Part shown: piece after piece, positions 32,837 to 43,479 of the stretch
Layout of the letters: the number at the start of each line of letters is the position of its first letter
How positions within the stretch are numbered: position 1 is the stretch's first letter
Source of the DNA: an uncultured Acidobacteriota bacterium
Lineage (GTDB): Bacteria; Acidobacteriota; Blastocatellia; RBC074
Length of the DNA stretch: 64,000 nt
Assembly (NCBI GenBank): GCA_963796275.1
Contig: CAWCKY010000007.1
Location: 864,001-928,000 of the forward strand
Reading direction: 5' to 3'
Position numbers and translations under genes: made by a program
The notes under the pieces: model-generated
What the model saw: the letters and a program-made list of their open reading frames with translations, nothing else
Told to the model about the DNA's origin: nothing
The model's database searches: none

Positions 32837-34060
32837 ATGACCCAAACCAGTAATACAAAACAAGGCAGCGAGCAATCAGACAAGAATGCGATTCGTCCGT
32901 ATCAGGTGAATGTTCCGGAAGCGGAGCTTGCCGAGTTGCGGGGGCGCATCAAGGCAACCAGGTGGCCTGAACGGGAAACGGTCACGGATCAATCGCAAGG
33001 CGTGCAGCTCGCGACGATTCAGAAACTCGCGCGCTATTGGGCGACAGATTATGACTGGCGCAAAATCGAAGCAAAAATGAACGCCCTGCCGCAGTTTATG
33101 ACCGAGATCGATGGATTGGATATTCATTTCATTCACGTCCGTTCAAAACACGAAAATGCGTTGCCGCTGATCGTTACGCACGGATGGCCCGGCTCGGTCA
33201 TCGAACAGATGAAGATCATCGATCCGCTGACCAATCCCACCGCACACGGTGGAAATGCATCAGATGCTTTCCACGTAGTGATCCCGTCAATACCGGGCTA
33301 CGGATACTCAGGAAAACCGACCACCACCGGGTGGGATTGTCCCCACATCGCGCGCGCTTGGGTCGTTCTGATGAAGAGCCTCGGGTACACGAAATTCGTG
33401 GCGCAAGGCGGCGATTGGGGCGCGGTCATCACCGAACAAATGGGTTTGCTTGCGCCTCCGGAGTTGCTGGGCATTCACACCAACATGCCTGGCGTGTTTC
33501 CGGATGACATTAACAACGCGGCTTTTTCCGGGGCGCCGGCGCCATCGGGTCTCTCAGCCGACGAGAAACTCGCTTACGAGCGTTTGCAGTTCGTTTATCA
33601 AAAGGGTATCGGATACGGTTACCAAATGGGATTGCGCCCGCAGACGTTGTACGGAATCGTGGATTCACCGGTCGGCCTGGCGGCTTATTTTCTTGATCAC
33701 GATGCGCGCAGCTATGAGCTCATCGCGCGCGTCTTTGACGGACAGTCTGAGGGCCTCACGCGCGACGACATCATCGACAACATCACGATCGCCTGGTTGA
33801 CGAATACGGCGCTTTCTGGCGCCCGTCTCTATTGGGAGAACAAACTCGGGTATTTCAACGCCAAGGGCGTCTCCATCCCGGTTGCCGTGAGCGTCTTTCC
33901 TGACGAACTCTATCCGGCCCCGCGGAGCTGGGCAGAGCAGGCGTATCCCAAACTGATCCATTACAACAAGGTGGAGAAAGGCGGGCACTTCGCGGCCTGG
34001 GAACAGCCGCAACTCTTTTCAGAGGAAGTTCGCGCGGGCTTCAGATCGCTGCGCAAATAG
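32837..34060 (+). CDS. Epoxide hydrolase (EHN domain plus alpha/beta hydrolase)
   Basis: L...IKATRWP, YWATDYDWR, HGWPGS, PSIPGYG, QGGDWG, GGHFAAWEQP. Confidence 0.92.
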   Translation: MTQTSNTKQGSEQSDKNAIRPYQVNVPEAELAELRGRIKATRWPERETVTDQSQGVQLATIQKLARYWATDYDWRKIEAKMNALPQFMTEIDGLDIHFIHVRSKHENALPLIVTHGWPGSVIEQMKIIDPLTNPTAHGGNASDAFHVVIPSIPGYGYSGKPTTTGWDCPHIARAWVVLMKSLGYTKFVAQGGDWGAVITEQMGLLAPPELLGIHTNMPGVFPDDINNAAFSGAPAPSGLSADEKLAYERLQFVYQKGIGYGYQMGLRPQTLYGIVDSPVGLAAYFLDHDARSYELIARVFDGQSEGLTRDDIIDNITIAWLTNTALSGARLYWENKLGYFNAKGVSIPVAVSVFPDELYPAPRSWAEQAYPKLIHYNKVEKGGHFAAWEQPQLFSEEVRAGFRSLRK

Positions 34061-34183
34061 TTGAGAAGAGGATCGCCCGCGAGTTGGATGTTGGTGGTGA
34101 ATGAATGGCGGTGCGATCCACCGCTGCCTGAGGATGAAGTTCGAGAGGTTGCCTCCAGCATCTGCAGATATCAGCCTGAGTGA
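34061..34183 (+). pseudogene. Primase C-terminal (PriCT-1-like) relic
   Basis: LRRG...VVNEWRCDPPLPEDEVREVASSICRY matches the PriCT-1 pattern N..RCxPPLxxxEVxxIxxS. Confidence 0.55.
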
Positions 34184-34350
34184 AACGGTTGCACTGAAGG
34201 GATCAAAGTCGATAATTCTCAAGCTAAGTGCTCGAACCCTGGTCTTTTTATTACCATTCGCGCTCTTTAGCGTCGCTTTATTTATACGTCTTAGCCGTTT
34301 GGCTTACGCTCTGGCGAATTGTAGCCGTGGTAATGCGCGGCGCATAGACG

Positions 34351-36954
34351 CTACTGTTCGCGGTCGTCGTCATCAATGTCAACAGACAAGGCGCTGAAGA
34401 CCGCCTGCCTCACGCGCGGGTAAGGCGACTTCACGCCCTTCACCTGACGCCATACGATACGGTTCAGCCTCTCCGTCGGCGCCGCATCTGGCGTGTCGAA
34501 GCGCATCTTCAGCGAATCCAGGGCGTCACGCCGCAACTGCCCTCTCAGCGCACTGAGTTGCGGATTCAGTTCAAACAGAGACTGTACGGGCTGCACAGCG
34601 TCGTACGGCGTGAAGTCTGGTTCGTTCGTAAAGCTCGCCCGCATGTCGTTGGCGATCAGGTCGAAGAGTGAAAGCGTCGGCAGGCCGAGGATCAATTCAA
34701 TCGTCTTCAGCATGCTCTGATGCGCGTAGAAGGTCGAATCAACCGAGCCGCGGCGGATGTATGGGCTGATGGCGAGCGCTGTGGTGCGGTGGCCGTCCAC
34801 GTGATCTACACCATTCTGCGCGTCGTCTTCGACCACGAAGATCGCCATCTTTTTCCAGAACGGCGTTTTCGATAAAGCTTCGACGATTTGCCCCAGCGCC
34901 AGATCATTGTCGGCGACCATCGCCTTTGGCGTGTGCGCTCCGGGTGCGGTGCCGTTCGTGTGATTGCTGGGCAGTTGCAGCAACACCAGGTTGGGCATCT
35001 TCCCTTCGCTCTCCCACTTTTTCAGGTCGGCGATGAAGATTTGCGCGCGCACCACGTCGGGGATAGCGGTCGAATAGGCAGGGAAGTTTCTGGCCAGAAT
35101 GTTGTTGAGCGGTTTGATCGGTGCGGTGATGTTCCATTCACGGGTCAGGTCTTCGCCGGCCTTCCAGCGCTCGAAGAGCTTGACGCGCTGCTGCCGATCA
35201 CCTCCACTCATTCGCCCGGCGTATTCGCCGTACACGCGCACGGTCTTCTTCATCTTCAACGCCGCGTCCCAGATGAATCCACTGTCGGAGTAAGCAATCG
35301 GGTCGGAACCGTCGAAAGGATAACTCCGCCCGGCGTACCCAGGCCACAACGCGTATGAAGTTTCATTCGCTTGCGTCACCCATTGATGGCCGTCGCCGCT
35401 GTTGCCGCCGGTCGCGTAAAAATTGTCGAGCAGCACGAATTGATCAGCCAGCCGGTGCTGATTCGGCGTCACCTCTTCGCCGAACATGACCAGCGACAGG
35501 TCGCCGTTGCCTTTGCTCATATCGCCGAAGACCTGGTCGTAAGTCCGATTTTCTTTGATGATGTAGATGACATGTTCAATCAGCGAGGGATCGCCGGCGC
35601 GCGCGGGGATGGCGACGGGCGCGGGCTTAGCGGTGTTTTTCGCGGGGGTCAGCGGCGCGACCTTCGCCAAATGATTGTTCTCCCAGACCGCCGTGGTGTA
35701 ACTGGCGAGTTGCGCCTCATCGGGAACCGGCACTACGGCGACGCTGCCGCGATAGGCGTGAACGTATCGTTTGCGCGGCTCTTCGCGCCAACTCGACCCG
35801 GCGCCGAGCAGCGTGCCGATGGCGAGCAGTTTGCCGCCAGGGCTGAGCGACAGAGCGTTCGGATACCAGCCCGTCGGGATGTAGCCGGCGACGAACATAT
35901 CTTTGGTTTGGATAACAGCGACTGCGTTCAACCCACCGCAGGCCGCAAAGAGCGTCTTGCCATCTACGGTCAATGCCAATGCCGTTGGTGCGAAACCGCG
36001 TGTGTCCTGTGCCGAAAGCTTGCGAGTCTGAATTACTTTGTTAGCGGCGGTGTCAATCACGGAGATCGAGTCCTTGTTGCTATTTGCGACGTACAGCCGG
36101 TTCCCGCGTTCGTCCCAGACCATCGCGGTCGGGTGCAATTCGACCTCAATCGCATGCGTGGGCTTCATCGTCGCCAGATCGATGCGCGTGACCGTGCCGG
36201 TCGTGGCGATGCCGCGTTTGTCCACCACGACCTGATCTGCTTTCGGATCGTACCCGGTCGGCGCAGTCAATTCGCCCGGCTTCGGCGCTCGCCCGCCCCA
36301 GTTGGTAACATAAGCAATCGTCCCGATCGAATTGATGACGGCTCCGAACGGAGCGATGCCGGTGTCGGCATTGCCCAGCAATTTGCCGGTGTTCAGATCA
36401 ATAACCGCGAGTTGGTTGTTGTAAATCAGCGGCACGACGGCCAGCCGCTGGCCTTGCGCGTTCGCTTGCGGCGCGACGGCGATTGCGCCCGCAATGAAGT
36501 TGCCGAGTCCGTCGGCGATGATTTTAGATGCCTCGCCGCTGACCGTCAGCAGGCGCGTCTTGCCTTTGGGATCTTGCCCCGCCGCGCCCGCCAACGTTCC
36601 GCTGATGAGCGGCTGTTTGGCGATGGGGTCAAAGACGATCCCCTGCAAGCCGGGGTTTTCGGTGATGGGAATGCGTCTCATAATATTGTTGTTCACCCAA
36701 TCAAGTTCGAAGACTTGCGTGGGCGCGCTCCTGCCGCGCGCGGTCAGTGCCCAGATTTCATGGGGCGACGCGCCGAAGGCGACGCCGTAAACGCGCCCGT
36801 CGAAAATAGTCTGCACCCCCGCCGGAGTGATCGTTTGCCGCGTAGTCACGACACCATGATCGGTGACGGCGCGCGCGGGCTTGTCATTGGTCTGAGTAGA
36901 TGCGGGAATGGAAAAAAAGAGCGTCAGAACACATAGGACCATCAATTTCTTCAT
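34351..36954 (-). CDS. Bifunctional YVTN/YncE beta-propeller plus phosphoesterase (alkaline phosphatase-like) protein
   Basis: Start MKKLMVLC after a GAGG RBS, YVTNWGG and LYVANS repeats, YIIKENRTYDQVFGD, EDDAQNGVDHVDGHR. Confidence 0.88.
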   Translation of the reverse strand: MKKLMVLCVLTLFFSIPASTQTNDKPARAVTDHGVVTTRQTITPAGVQTIFDGRVYGVAFGASPHEIWALTARGRSAPTQVFELDWVNNNIMRRIPITENPGLQGIVFDPIAKQPLISGTLAGAAGQDPKGKTRLLTVSGEASKIIADGLGNFIAGAIAVAPQANAQGQRLAVVPLIYNNQLAVIDLNTGKLLGNADTGIAPFGAVINSIGTIAYVTNWGGRAPKPGELTAPTGYDPKADQVVVDKRGIATTGTVTRIDLATMKPTHAIEVELHPTAMVWDERGNRLYVANSNKDSISVIDTAANKVIQTRKLSAQDTRGFAPTALALTVDGKTLFAACGGLNAVAVIQTKDMFVAGYIPTGWYPNALSLSPGGKLLAIGTLLGAGSSWREEPRKRYVHAYRGSVAVVPVPDEAQLASYTTAVWENNHLAKVAPLTPAKNTAKPAPVAIPARAGDPSLIEHVIYIIKENRTYDQVFGDMSKGNGDLSLVMFGEEVTPNQHRLADQFVLLDNFYATGGNSGDGHQWVTQANETSYALWPGYAGRSYPFDGSDPIAYSDSGFIWDAALKMKKTVRVYGEYAGRMSGGDRQQRVKLFERWKAGEDLTREWNITAPIKPLNNILARNFPAYSTAIPDVVRAQIFIADLKKWESEGKMPNLVLLQLPSNHTNGTAPGAHTPKAMVADNDLALGQIVEALSKTPFWKKMAIFVVEDDAQNGVDHVDGHRTTALAISPYIRRGSVDSTFYAHQSMLKTIELILGLPTLSLFDLIANDMRASFTNEPDFTPYDAVQPVQSLFELNPQLSALRGQLRRDALDSLKMRFDTPDAAPTERLNRIVWRQVKGVKSPYPRVRQAVFSALSVDIDDDDREQ

Positions 36955-37025
36955 TTGTGCCTCACAGTTTGGAACATCGGCACAGAACTGCACGCAGTTC
37001 CGATCGGGTCTTGCGATATACTGAT

Positions 37026-40000
37026 TTAGAAGGTCAACTTCAGCGCCGCTTGCATCGTGCGCGGCCCGCCTATGGTCGAAGATATCCGCCCCGCCGTGCT
37101 CGGCAGCGTCGTCGTTCCCGGAGCGCATTGGCGCGAGGGCGACGGGATACATATCCCCGCCGCAATCGTCGACACTGGATTGCCGAAGGTCGGCGTGTTG
37201 GTTGCATTGAACAATTCCCAACGAAACTCAAGATTCATCGCTTCGCGCAGCCTGGTCGTTTTGCTCAAGCTCAAGTCGAGCTGCCGTTGGTTTGGTCCGC
37301 GCAGGATGTTGCGGCCCGCGTTGCCCCAATGATCCTCCGAGTTCACGAACGCAGTTGGATCGAAATAAAGATCAATCCGATCCTGCACGCGTCCGCTCAT
37401 GACCGCCGACTCAATCGTCCTGCCGGGCGCCAGGTCGGACCGCACTGAAGCCACTTGAAACTGATAGGCGTTACGCGTCGCCGGGCCGAAGACCGTGAAG
37501 GGAGCGCCAGATTGCAATGTCAGCAAACCGCTCGTCCGCCAACCCTGCGTCAGCAAATTCAAAAACCTCTGGCCCCTGCGCAGCCCCGGTAGGTCAATCA
37601 CGTACGACGCCGTGAAGCGGTGGGGCCGGTCAAAGTTTGACAGGCTGCGATTCAAAAACAGACTCCTGTTGTCATGCTGTGCCTGCTCGGTGTCGGACGA
37701 AATATTGTCAATCGATTTACTGAAGGTGTAGGCTAGATTCCAGATCGCGCGGCTGGACATACGGCCTCTCACATCGAGCTGCGCCGAATGATAAGTCGAG
37801 TGGCCGGCGTTGGCTACTTGCACGAAACCGCCGCTGCGGCTCAATCCCAAGAATTCCGTCGCGACGAAGAAGTCTGGGTTGATCAGCGCGCCGTCAGGAT
37901 TGGCCGTCGTACGGTTGCGGTCGCGAATGTCGGTGAAGCCGTTGACCGGCGTCACGCGCGGATCAACAGCCTGCGCCACATTGAAGCGTCCCAACAGACC
38001 CACGCCGCGCGAGCCGACGTAGCGCAGGTCGAGCGCGACGCCCTTCAACAATTCGTACTGTGCGTTGAGCGACCACTGTTGGACGTAAGGCGCTTTGATC
38101 TTCGGGTGGATGTAGACATTGCTCTTCGCGCCGAACGGTTCGGTGGCCGGGAACTCCTTGCCGTCGCCGCGAACCCAGCGCGGCGTGCCGTCGGCGTTGC
38201 GCGCAATGGCCACGTTGAATGGCAGTTGAAATGGGTTGATGTTCAACCGAGGATACGGGTTGTCCATGTCCACTGGGGAGGGCACGTTCTGAAAGACGAA
38301 GAACGGCGCGGCGCGTTGCAGGTCAACCTTGTACGACGCCGACGTGCGCTCGTAGAAGATGCTATAGCCACCACGCAGCACGAACTTCGGCAGAAAGCCC
38401 GGCTGCCACGCGAAGCCGAGACGCGGAGCGAGGTTATTGTAGTCATTGAAGAGCGTCGAATCGTTTTTTGCTTGGTTGATTTGGCGCAAGTCTATGGGCG
38501 TGCCTGGCTCGACGTAAAGACCGATGTCCAGCGGCTTGAAGCCAGGTTGGAAGATGCGGCTGTTCGACGGCACTTGAAAGCCGACCGGCAAACCAGTCTC
38601 TTTGGCCAGCGCCTCGGTGATGAACGTGCCGAGCCGCCCTTCCGAATCCGTGAAATTACCGAAAAAGTCGTACCGCACGCCAAGGTTTAGCATCAACCCT
38701 TTGCGGGCTTTCCAATCGTCGTGGACGTACCAACTGATGTCCTGCGCGGTCATGTTGCGGCGTGTGTCGCCCTGGTCTAGGTCGGAGCCGCCGCCCGACG
38801 CGCCGTGGCCTGTGAAAAACAATACCCACGTGTCGTAGTCCAAATCACCATTTGTGCGCGATTGGAACTCGCCCGTCAAATTCATCAGCCGATACTCCGC
38901 TCCAAACTGGAAGGCGTGGCCGGGGCGGACGTAACTCAGTGTGTTGACGAAGTTGTGGACCTTCTGACGGTCATAAAAGTCCCAGGCGTTGCCGATACCA
39001 CCTGAGCCGAACTGAGTGGTGATGTCAATTGTCGGCATCAAAGCCGCCAGCCCACCCAGCGCTTCGAGCGGGTTGAAGATGCCGAGCGTCGAATTTTTGA
39101 AATCCTGGTTTTGCGACAACCGGTTGTTGGCCAGGTCGAAGAAGCCCACCCGCAGCTCGTTCACCCAATTCGCGTTGAAAATATGTTGGTGCGAGAGCGA
39201 GGTCGCCCAGCCTTTTGTCTGCCCGTCAGTCGGCGAAGGCGAGGTATCTGGCCAGCCGAAGGCTTCGACTACGTTGCTGTTTGAGTAATTGAAGTTGAGC
39301 CGGATGCGGTCCTTCTCACGAGGCGTCCATTGCAACGAGCCTACGCCCGCCCACGAGTCGACCTCGGTCGGAATCACCTGTTGCAGAAACAGCTCGCGCC
39401 CAAACGCTCCGTTGCCTGGCAGAACGGGCAGATTGGGCGATGGCGTGGGAATTAGAAGGCCGACGCCCGCGCGTTTGGCCTTGAGAATATTGATCGCCAC
39501 CGGATGAATGTCGGCCGGCGTCAACTGCCGGAATTGCAGATTGTTCGTGTCCGGGTTGGGCGAGCCGAAGAACTGCGTGATCAGGGCCGACTGTTGGTCG
39601 GCAGGAAATGCCCGCAGCCGATTAAGGAAGTTGCCCGCGAAGGCGGGATTATCCGCCTGACCATTGGCCAGATAATCATTGGCGACTTTGGCAATGGTCT
39701 CTGACGTTCGAACATCGGTGAGGCCCACTGGCAGGCCTACGCGCGCCACGGCGTTGCTTGCGTAACCGGACAGGAAGTTCGTGCGCTGGACGGAGGCGAA
39801 GAAGGACAGCTTGTCCTTGATGATAGGGCCGCCGAGTGTGGCGGCCGATTCGTTGCGGCGGAACTTAGGCCGCTCGTCGCCGTCCCGGTTGAGGAAGAAT
39901 TCGTTGGCGTTGAACTTTTCGTTTTGCAAGAAGTGTGATGCCGAGCCATGGAACTGATTCGTGCCCGCGCGCGTGGCGATCTCGATGTTGCCGCCGCCGT

Positions 40001-40790
40001 TGCGTCCCGTGGGCGAATTATAAAGCGCACTCTGCACCGAGACGACTTCGAGCGCGTCGAGCGGCACGATCAGGTTGTTGCCTAAGCCGCCCGAACGGTT
40101 GAGCAGATTAGTGCTGTCAATCCCGTTCAGTCGCAGTGAATTGTTGGTAGGCCGCGCGCCGTTGACGCTGGGGTTGAGCGATTGCGCTGAGTCTTGTTCC
40201 TGCGTGCCCGGCGTGGTGGTGATGTTCAAGCCAGAACCGGTGCGGTCGGGCAGTGGCGCGCTTACGCCCGGTTCGGTCACGATCAAATGGGTGATATTGC
40301 GCGAAGATGTCGGGATGTTGGTCAGTTCTCTCTGCGTCAGCGTCGCTGCCTGCGTCGAATTTTCGGTCTGCAGCAATTGGCTTTCCGAAGTGATGTTGAT
40401 GATTTCGTCCACGCCACGCGGCGACAGTACGATCGTTAGTTTCACAGTGTTGACTGGTTCTACGATCACATCATTGATCGTATTTTTCGTAAAACCGTTC
40501 AGCGAAACTTCGACGCGATATTTGCCAAAGGGAAGATGGGGAAGGCGAAAAATGCCTTCGCTGTCGGAGGTCGAGTGCAGGCTCTGGGCCGTCTCGCTGT
40601 TGAAAGCTTTGATCACGGCATTCGGCAATTTGCCGCCGTTTGTATCTTCGATCAAGCCTTCGATGACTCCACTGCTGTTCTGCGCCCATGCCGGGATCAT
40701 TCCCTGCCATAGAACAATTGTGATTCCAAGGATCGCCATCAGGATAATGGCTATTACTCCGCTTCTACGTAAATCCTCCGAGAGACGCAT
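37026..40790 (-). CDS. TonB-dependent receptor
   Basis: GGAGGAGG RBS before ATG 40790, GRNGGG and TRAGTN plug motifs, C-terminal PRTMQAALKLTF. Confidence 0.9.
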   Translation of the reverse strand: MRLSEDLRRSGVIAIILMAILGITIVLWQGMIPAWAQNSSGVIEGLIEDTNGGKLPNAVIKAFNSETAQSLHSTSDSEGIFRLPHLPFGKYRVEVSLNGFTKNTINDVIVEPVNTVKLTIVLSPRGVDEIINITSESQLLQTENSTQAATLTQRELTNIPTSSRNITHLIVTEPGVSAPLPDRTGSGLNITTTPGTQEQDSAQSLNPSVNGARPTNNSLRLNGIDSTNLLNRSGGLGNNLIVPLDALEVVSVQSALYNSPTGRNGGGNIEIATRAGTNQFHGSASHFLQNEKFNANEFFLNRDGDERPKFRRNESAATLGGPIIKDKLSFFASVQRTNFLSGYASNAVARVGLPVGLTDVRTSETIAKVANDYLANGQADNPAFAGNFLNRLRAFPADQQSALITQFFGSPNPDTNNLQFRQLTPADIHPVAINILKAKRAGVGLLIPTPSPNLPVLPGNGAFGRELFLQQVIPTEVDSWAGVGSLQWTPREKDRIRLNFNYSNSNVVEAFGWPDTSPSPTDGQTKGWATSLSHQHIFNANWVNELRVGFFDLANNRLSQNQDFKNSTLGIFNPLEALGGLAALMPTIDITTQFGSGGIGNAWDFYDRQKVHNFVNTLSYVRPGHAFQFGAEYRLMNLTGEFQSRTNGDLDYDTWVLFFTGHGASGGGSDLDQGDTRRNMTAQDISWYVHDDWKARKGLMLNLGVRYDFFGNFTDSEGRLGTFITEALAKETGLPVGFQVPSNSRIFQPGFKPLDIGLYVEPGTPIDLRQINQAKNDSTLFNDYNNLAPRLGFAWQPGFLPKFVLRGGYSIFYERTSASYKVDLQRAAPFFVFQNVPSPVDMDNPYPRLNINPFQLPFNVAIARNADGTPRWVRGDGKEFPATEPFGAKSNVYIHPKIKAPYVQQWSLNAQYELLKGVALDLRYVGSRGVGLLGRFNVAQAVDPRVTPVNGFTDIRDRNRTTANPDGALINPDFFVATEFLGLSRSGGFVQVANAGHSTYHSAQLDVRGRMSSRAIWNLAYTFSKSIDNISSDTEQAQHDNRSLFLNRSLSNFDRPHRFTASYVIDLPGLRRGQRFLNLLTQGWRTSGLLTLQSGAPFTVFGPATRNAYQFQVASVRSDLAPGRTIESAVMSGRVQDRIDLYFDPTAFVNSEDHWGNAGRNILRGPNQRQLDLSLSKTTRLREAMNLEFRWELFNATNTPTFGNPVSTIAAGICIPSPSRQCAPGTTTLPSTAGRISSTIGGPRTMQAALKLTF

Positions 40791-40807
40791 TCGAAACCTC
40801 CTCCGTG

Positions 40808-40913
40808 AAAAAAAGGCCATACTCGGTTGACCGTGTACACTTGTGCCCGAGCCAGACCAATACATAGGTCACACTGATCCCACCCCAAGCCGGGTTCCAG
40901 CCGGTCAATGTGC
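40808..40913 (-). promoter_or_regulatory. Candidate structured 5' leader with a terminator-like hairpin (possible attenuator)
   Basis: Stems CACATTGA/TCAGTGTG, GGCTGG/CCGGCT and GCTCGG/CCGAGT followed by U7. Alternative pairing TTGACCG/CGGTCAA. Confidence 0.35.
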
Positions 40914-41310
40914 GATTCCTTTCTTGATTGTGTTAGCTGAATGCTAGTTCATAAGTTAGTGAAATTATTTATGATGTGGTTCAGTCAGAGAATAACATCA
41001 CGGCTTAAAATGAACGTTATTTGCAAGTCAAATGTTAGTAAAATCTGCTGGGCAAGTCTCGGGGGCGGCGCCGTAAATAAGTGAGGACTGTGCAAATAAA
41101 AGATCATTGGAATCAATGTTTTTGGTCCCGAGCGCCAGCGGCGCGGAATATTTATAGCACTCGATCAGGTAAATAAAAGGGATGAGCTAAAGGCTTGTCA
41201 TTTCTAAAATCTGAAAAATAATTTGACTTTATGTTGCAAAGTTCTTGACGCTTTTAAGTAGGTGTTTTATAAGCCTCATGCTTCCTTAGCTCGGAAGCAG
41301 GAAGGCTTCC

Positions 41311-41859
41311 ATCCAGGCGCTGTTTGACCTGAAACTGATCTCTCAGGAGAGCCTCACATCGATGAAAACGATGAGAGACGGCGACGGGTTGGGAATGGAG
41401 CCCTTCACATTCGCCGGCAAGACGTTCTACGGGCACACGGGCGGGGGCGACAACTATGGAGCGTGGCTGGCTTACCTGCCGGAAGAAAAGCTGGCGGTCG
41501 CCTACACTACGAACGCAAAGGTTTACCCGGTAGTCAACATCGTGCGCGGCGTTGTCGATATTTACTACAATAAACCGTTTACGATTCCCGCTTTAGAATC
41601 GATCGCCGTCAGCCCGGAAGTTCTGGACAAATACGTCGGAGTTTATTCGACTCCGGCAGCTCCCGTGAAATTTACGATCACCAGGGATGGCGCGACGCTT
41701 TTCTTTCAGCCGCCCGGGCAATCGACTGTCCCGCTCGAAGCGACAGCACAGGATAAATTTCAGATCGAGGGTGCGGTAGTCATTGAGTTCGACGCCGCGA
41801 AAAACCAGATGACAATAAAACGGAGGAGTGGGGAGAGGGTTTTCACCAAGGAAAAATAA
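41311..41859 (+). pseudogene. Serine hydrolase (beta-lactamase-related), C-terminal part only
   Basis: Frame reads IQALFDLKLISQESL...YGHTGG...YLPEEKLAV...LDKYVGVY. The SxxK and YSN motifs are missing. Confidence 0.75.
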
Positions 41860-41914
41860 TCGGTATATAAAAGTAGGGACAGGGTTTCCCGCCTACCCCA
41901 AGCGAGGAACATAA

Positions 41915-42946
41915 ATGAAAAACTCCAGCAAAAATAGTTACTTCTTTCTTCTAGTATCGTTCGTAGTCACCGCCTTGCTTGCCGGCACGCCCGCTTACGC
42001 GCAAGACAAGACAGTCGAGGTCGACCATATCTTCAGCTGGACCAAGCCAAACGAACCCGGATGCGCAGTCGCCCTTTCGCAGAAGGGAAAGCTGGTCGTG
42101 AACAAAGCTTACGGCTCGGCTGACCTCGAGCGCGATGTGCCTTTGAGCACAAATTCGGTCTTTGATGCCGGCTCGGTGAGAAAGCAGTTCGTCGCCGCGG
42201 CGATCCTGCTCCTTGTTGAGGAGGGGAAACTTTCGCTTTCGGACGATGTCCGCCAACACATTCCGCAGTTGCCCGATTACGGCCACAAGATCACAGTGGA
42301 CCATCTGCTCACCCATACGAGTGGCATTCGTGACTGGCAGCCGCTTCTCAATCTGGCTGGCGGAGATCCCGACGCGATGACTATGATACTGCGTCAGCGC
42401 GAGTTGCATTTCGTTCCGGGCGAGGAATGGTCCTATTCGAACAGCGGGTATGTGCTGCTCCCCGAGATCGTCGTCCGCGTAAGCGGAATGCCTTTCTCCG
42501 AATTCGCTCGCAAGCGCCTGTTCGAGCCATTGGGGATGAAGATGACGACGTACGTCGACGACCCGCTCTACCTCATCAAAAACCGGGCACTGGCCTATAA
42601 AAAGGAGGCGAGCGGATGGAAGATGGACATGTATCTCGGCAACGATCGCGGAGGAGCAGGGGGGCTGTTTACGACGGCGGTCGACCTCGTCACATGGAAC
42701 GATGCCTTGACCGCTAACCGCCTAGGTTCGTTTGTCACTCAAAAACTCCAGGAACCGACAGTACTGAATAATGGCAGGAAGCTAAGTTATGCCAGAGGCC
42801 TGCAATTGGAACCCTTCCGCCGCGGCGGCCAACTGGTGTGGCATAGCGGCGGAGCCGCCGGGTACAGCACACTCGCAGGCCGCCTTCCGGAACAGGGGCT
42901 CTCTGTTGCAACCCGCTGCTCCGCAACATCAAATTCACGCGGCTGA
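41915..42946 (+). pseudogene. Serine hydrolase (beta-lactamase-related), probably 3'-truncated near 42910
   Basis: Signal peptide, GSVRK (SxxK), LLTHTSG, YSNSGY and WHSGG. The sequence turns unrelated after PEQGLSVA, next to mobile-element debris. Confidence 0.7.
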
Positions 42947-43043
42947 TCGACCGCTAGGGATATTTACAAATAGAAGATGTCCTTTGCGGTAACGCGGCGG
43001 CGCATCTGGTTTCTTTTCCTTACTGAATTGCCGCAAGAACACC

Positions 43044-43109
43044 GACGTTCTCTTCGAATCGCCGCTCGAGATGATAGCGGAGTTCCTCATCGAGGTCCTG
43101 CTCGGCTCG
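43044..43109 (-). pseudogene. ADOP-type permease N-terminal prefix relic
   Basis: RAEQDLDEELRYHLERRFEENV, comparable to RADRELDDEIEAHLRQ in the permease at 59831. Confidence 0.6.
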
Positions 43110-43171
43110 CCATATTGCCATTCCTGGATATCATCTTCTTGATACTCTCAAATTCTTTCAACCTCGCGATG

Positions 43172-43254
43172 TTTGTTGAGCGGATTCTGACCGACCGCTT
43201 TGCGGCAACAGGGACGGGGATATGCTGAATTATCTGACTGCCGTATGTGCTTCG
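43172..43254 (+). mobile_element. IS66 transposase 3'-end relic
   Basis: FVERILT/LRQQGRDMLNYLTAVCA aligns with FVERILTVVTSLRQQGRDVLQYLTSACA of the copy at 4811-5347. Confidence 0.75.
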
Positions 43255-43479
43255 GTCAATCGGTCAATGATAGATAACATGCGTCTGATAACGAAACCGC
43301 TCTTGTTGTCCCGCCCTCGCCAACAAGAAGGAGGCTGCTCTCATTCTAAGGAGGCTGCTCTCATTCTGCGGACTGTTACCATGGCCGTCTTCAGCGATAT
43401 TCTGCTCACGGATGCTGATCAGATCTAGTTGGCTTTACATTTTTCGCATACTATTTCCAAACACAAAAAAGGAGGACAC

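Noticed and set aside
35371-36936. 521-aa antisense ORF over the phosphoesterase
   Set aside because: It is a shadow ORF; the opposite strand has clear family motifs.
36955-37221. N-terminal extension of ORF 34351-37221
   Set aside because: It overlaps the TBDR 3' end. The RBS and signal peptide point to ATG 36954.
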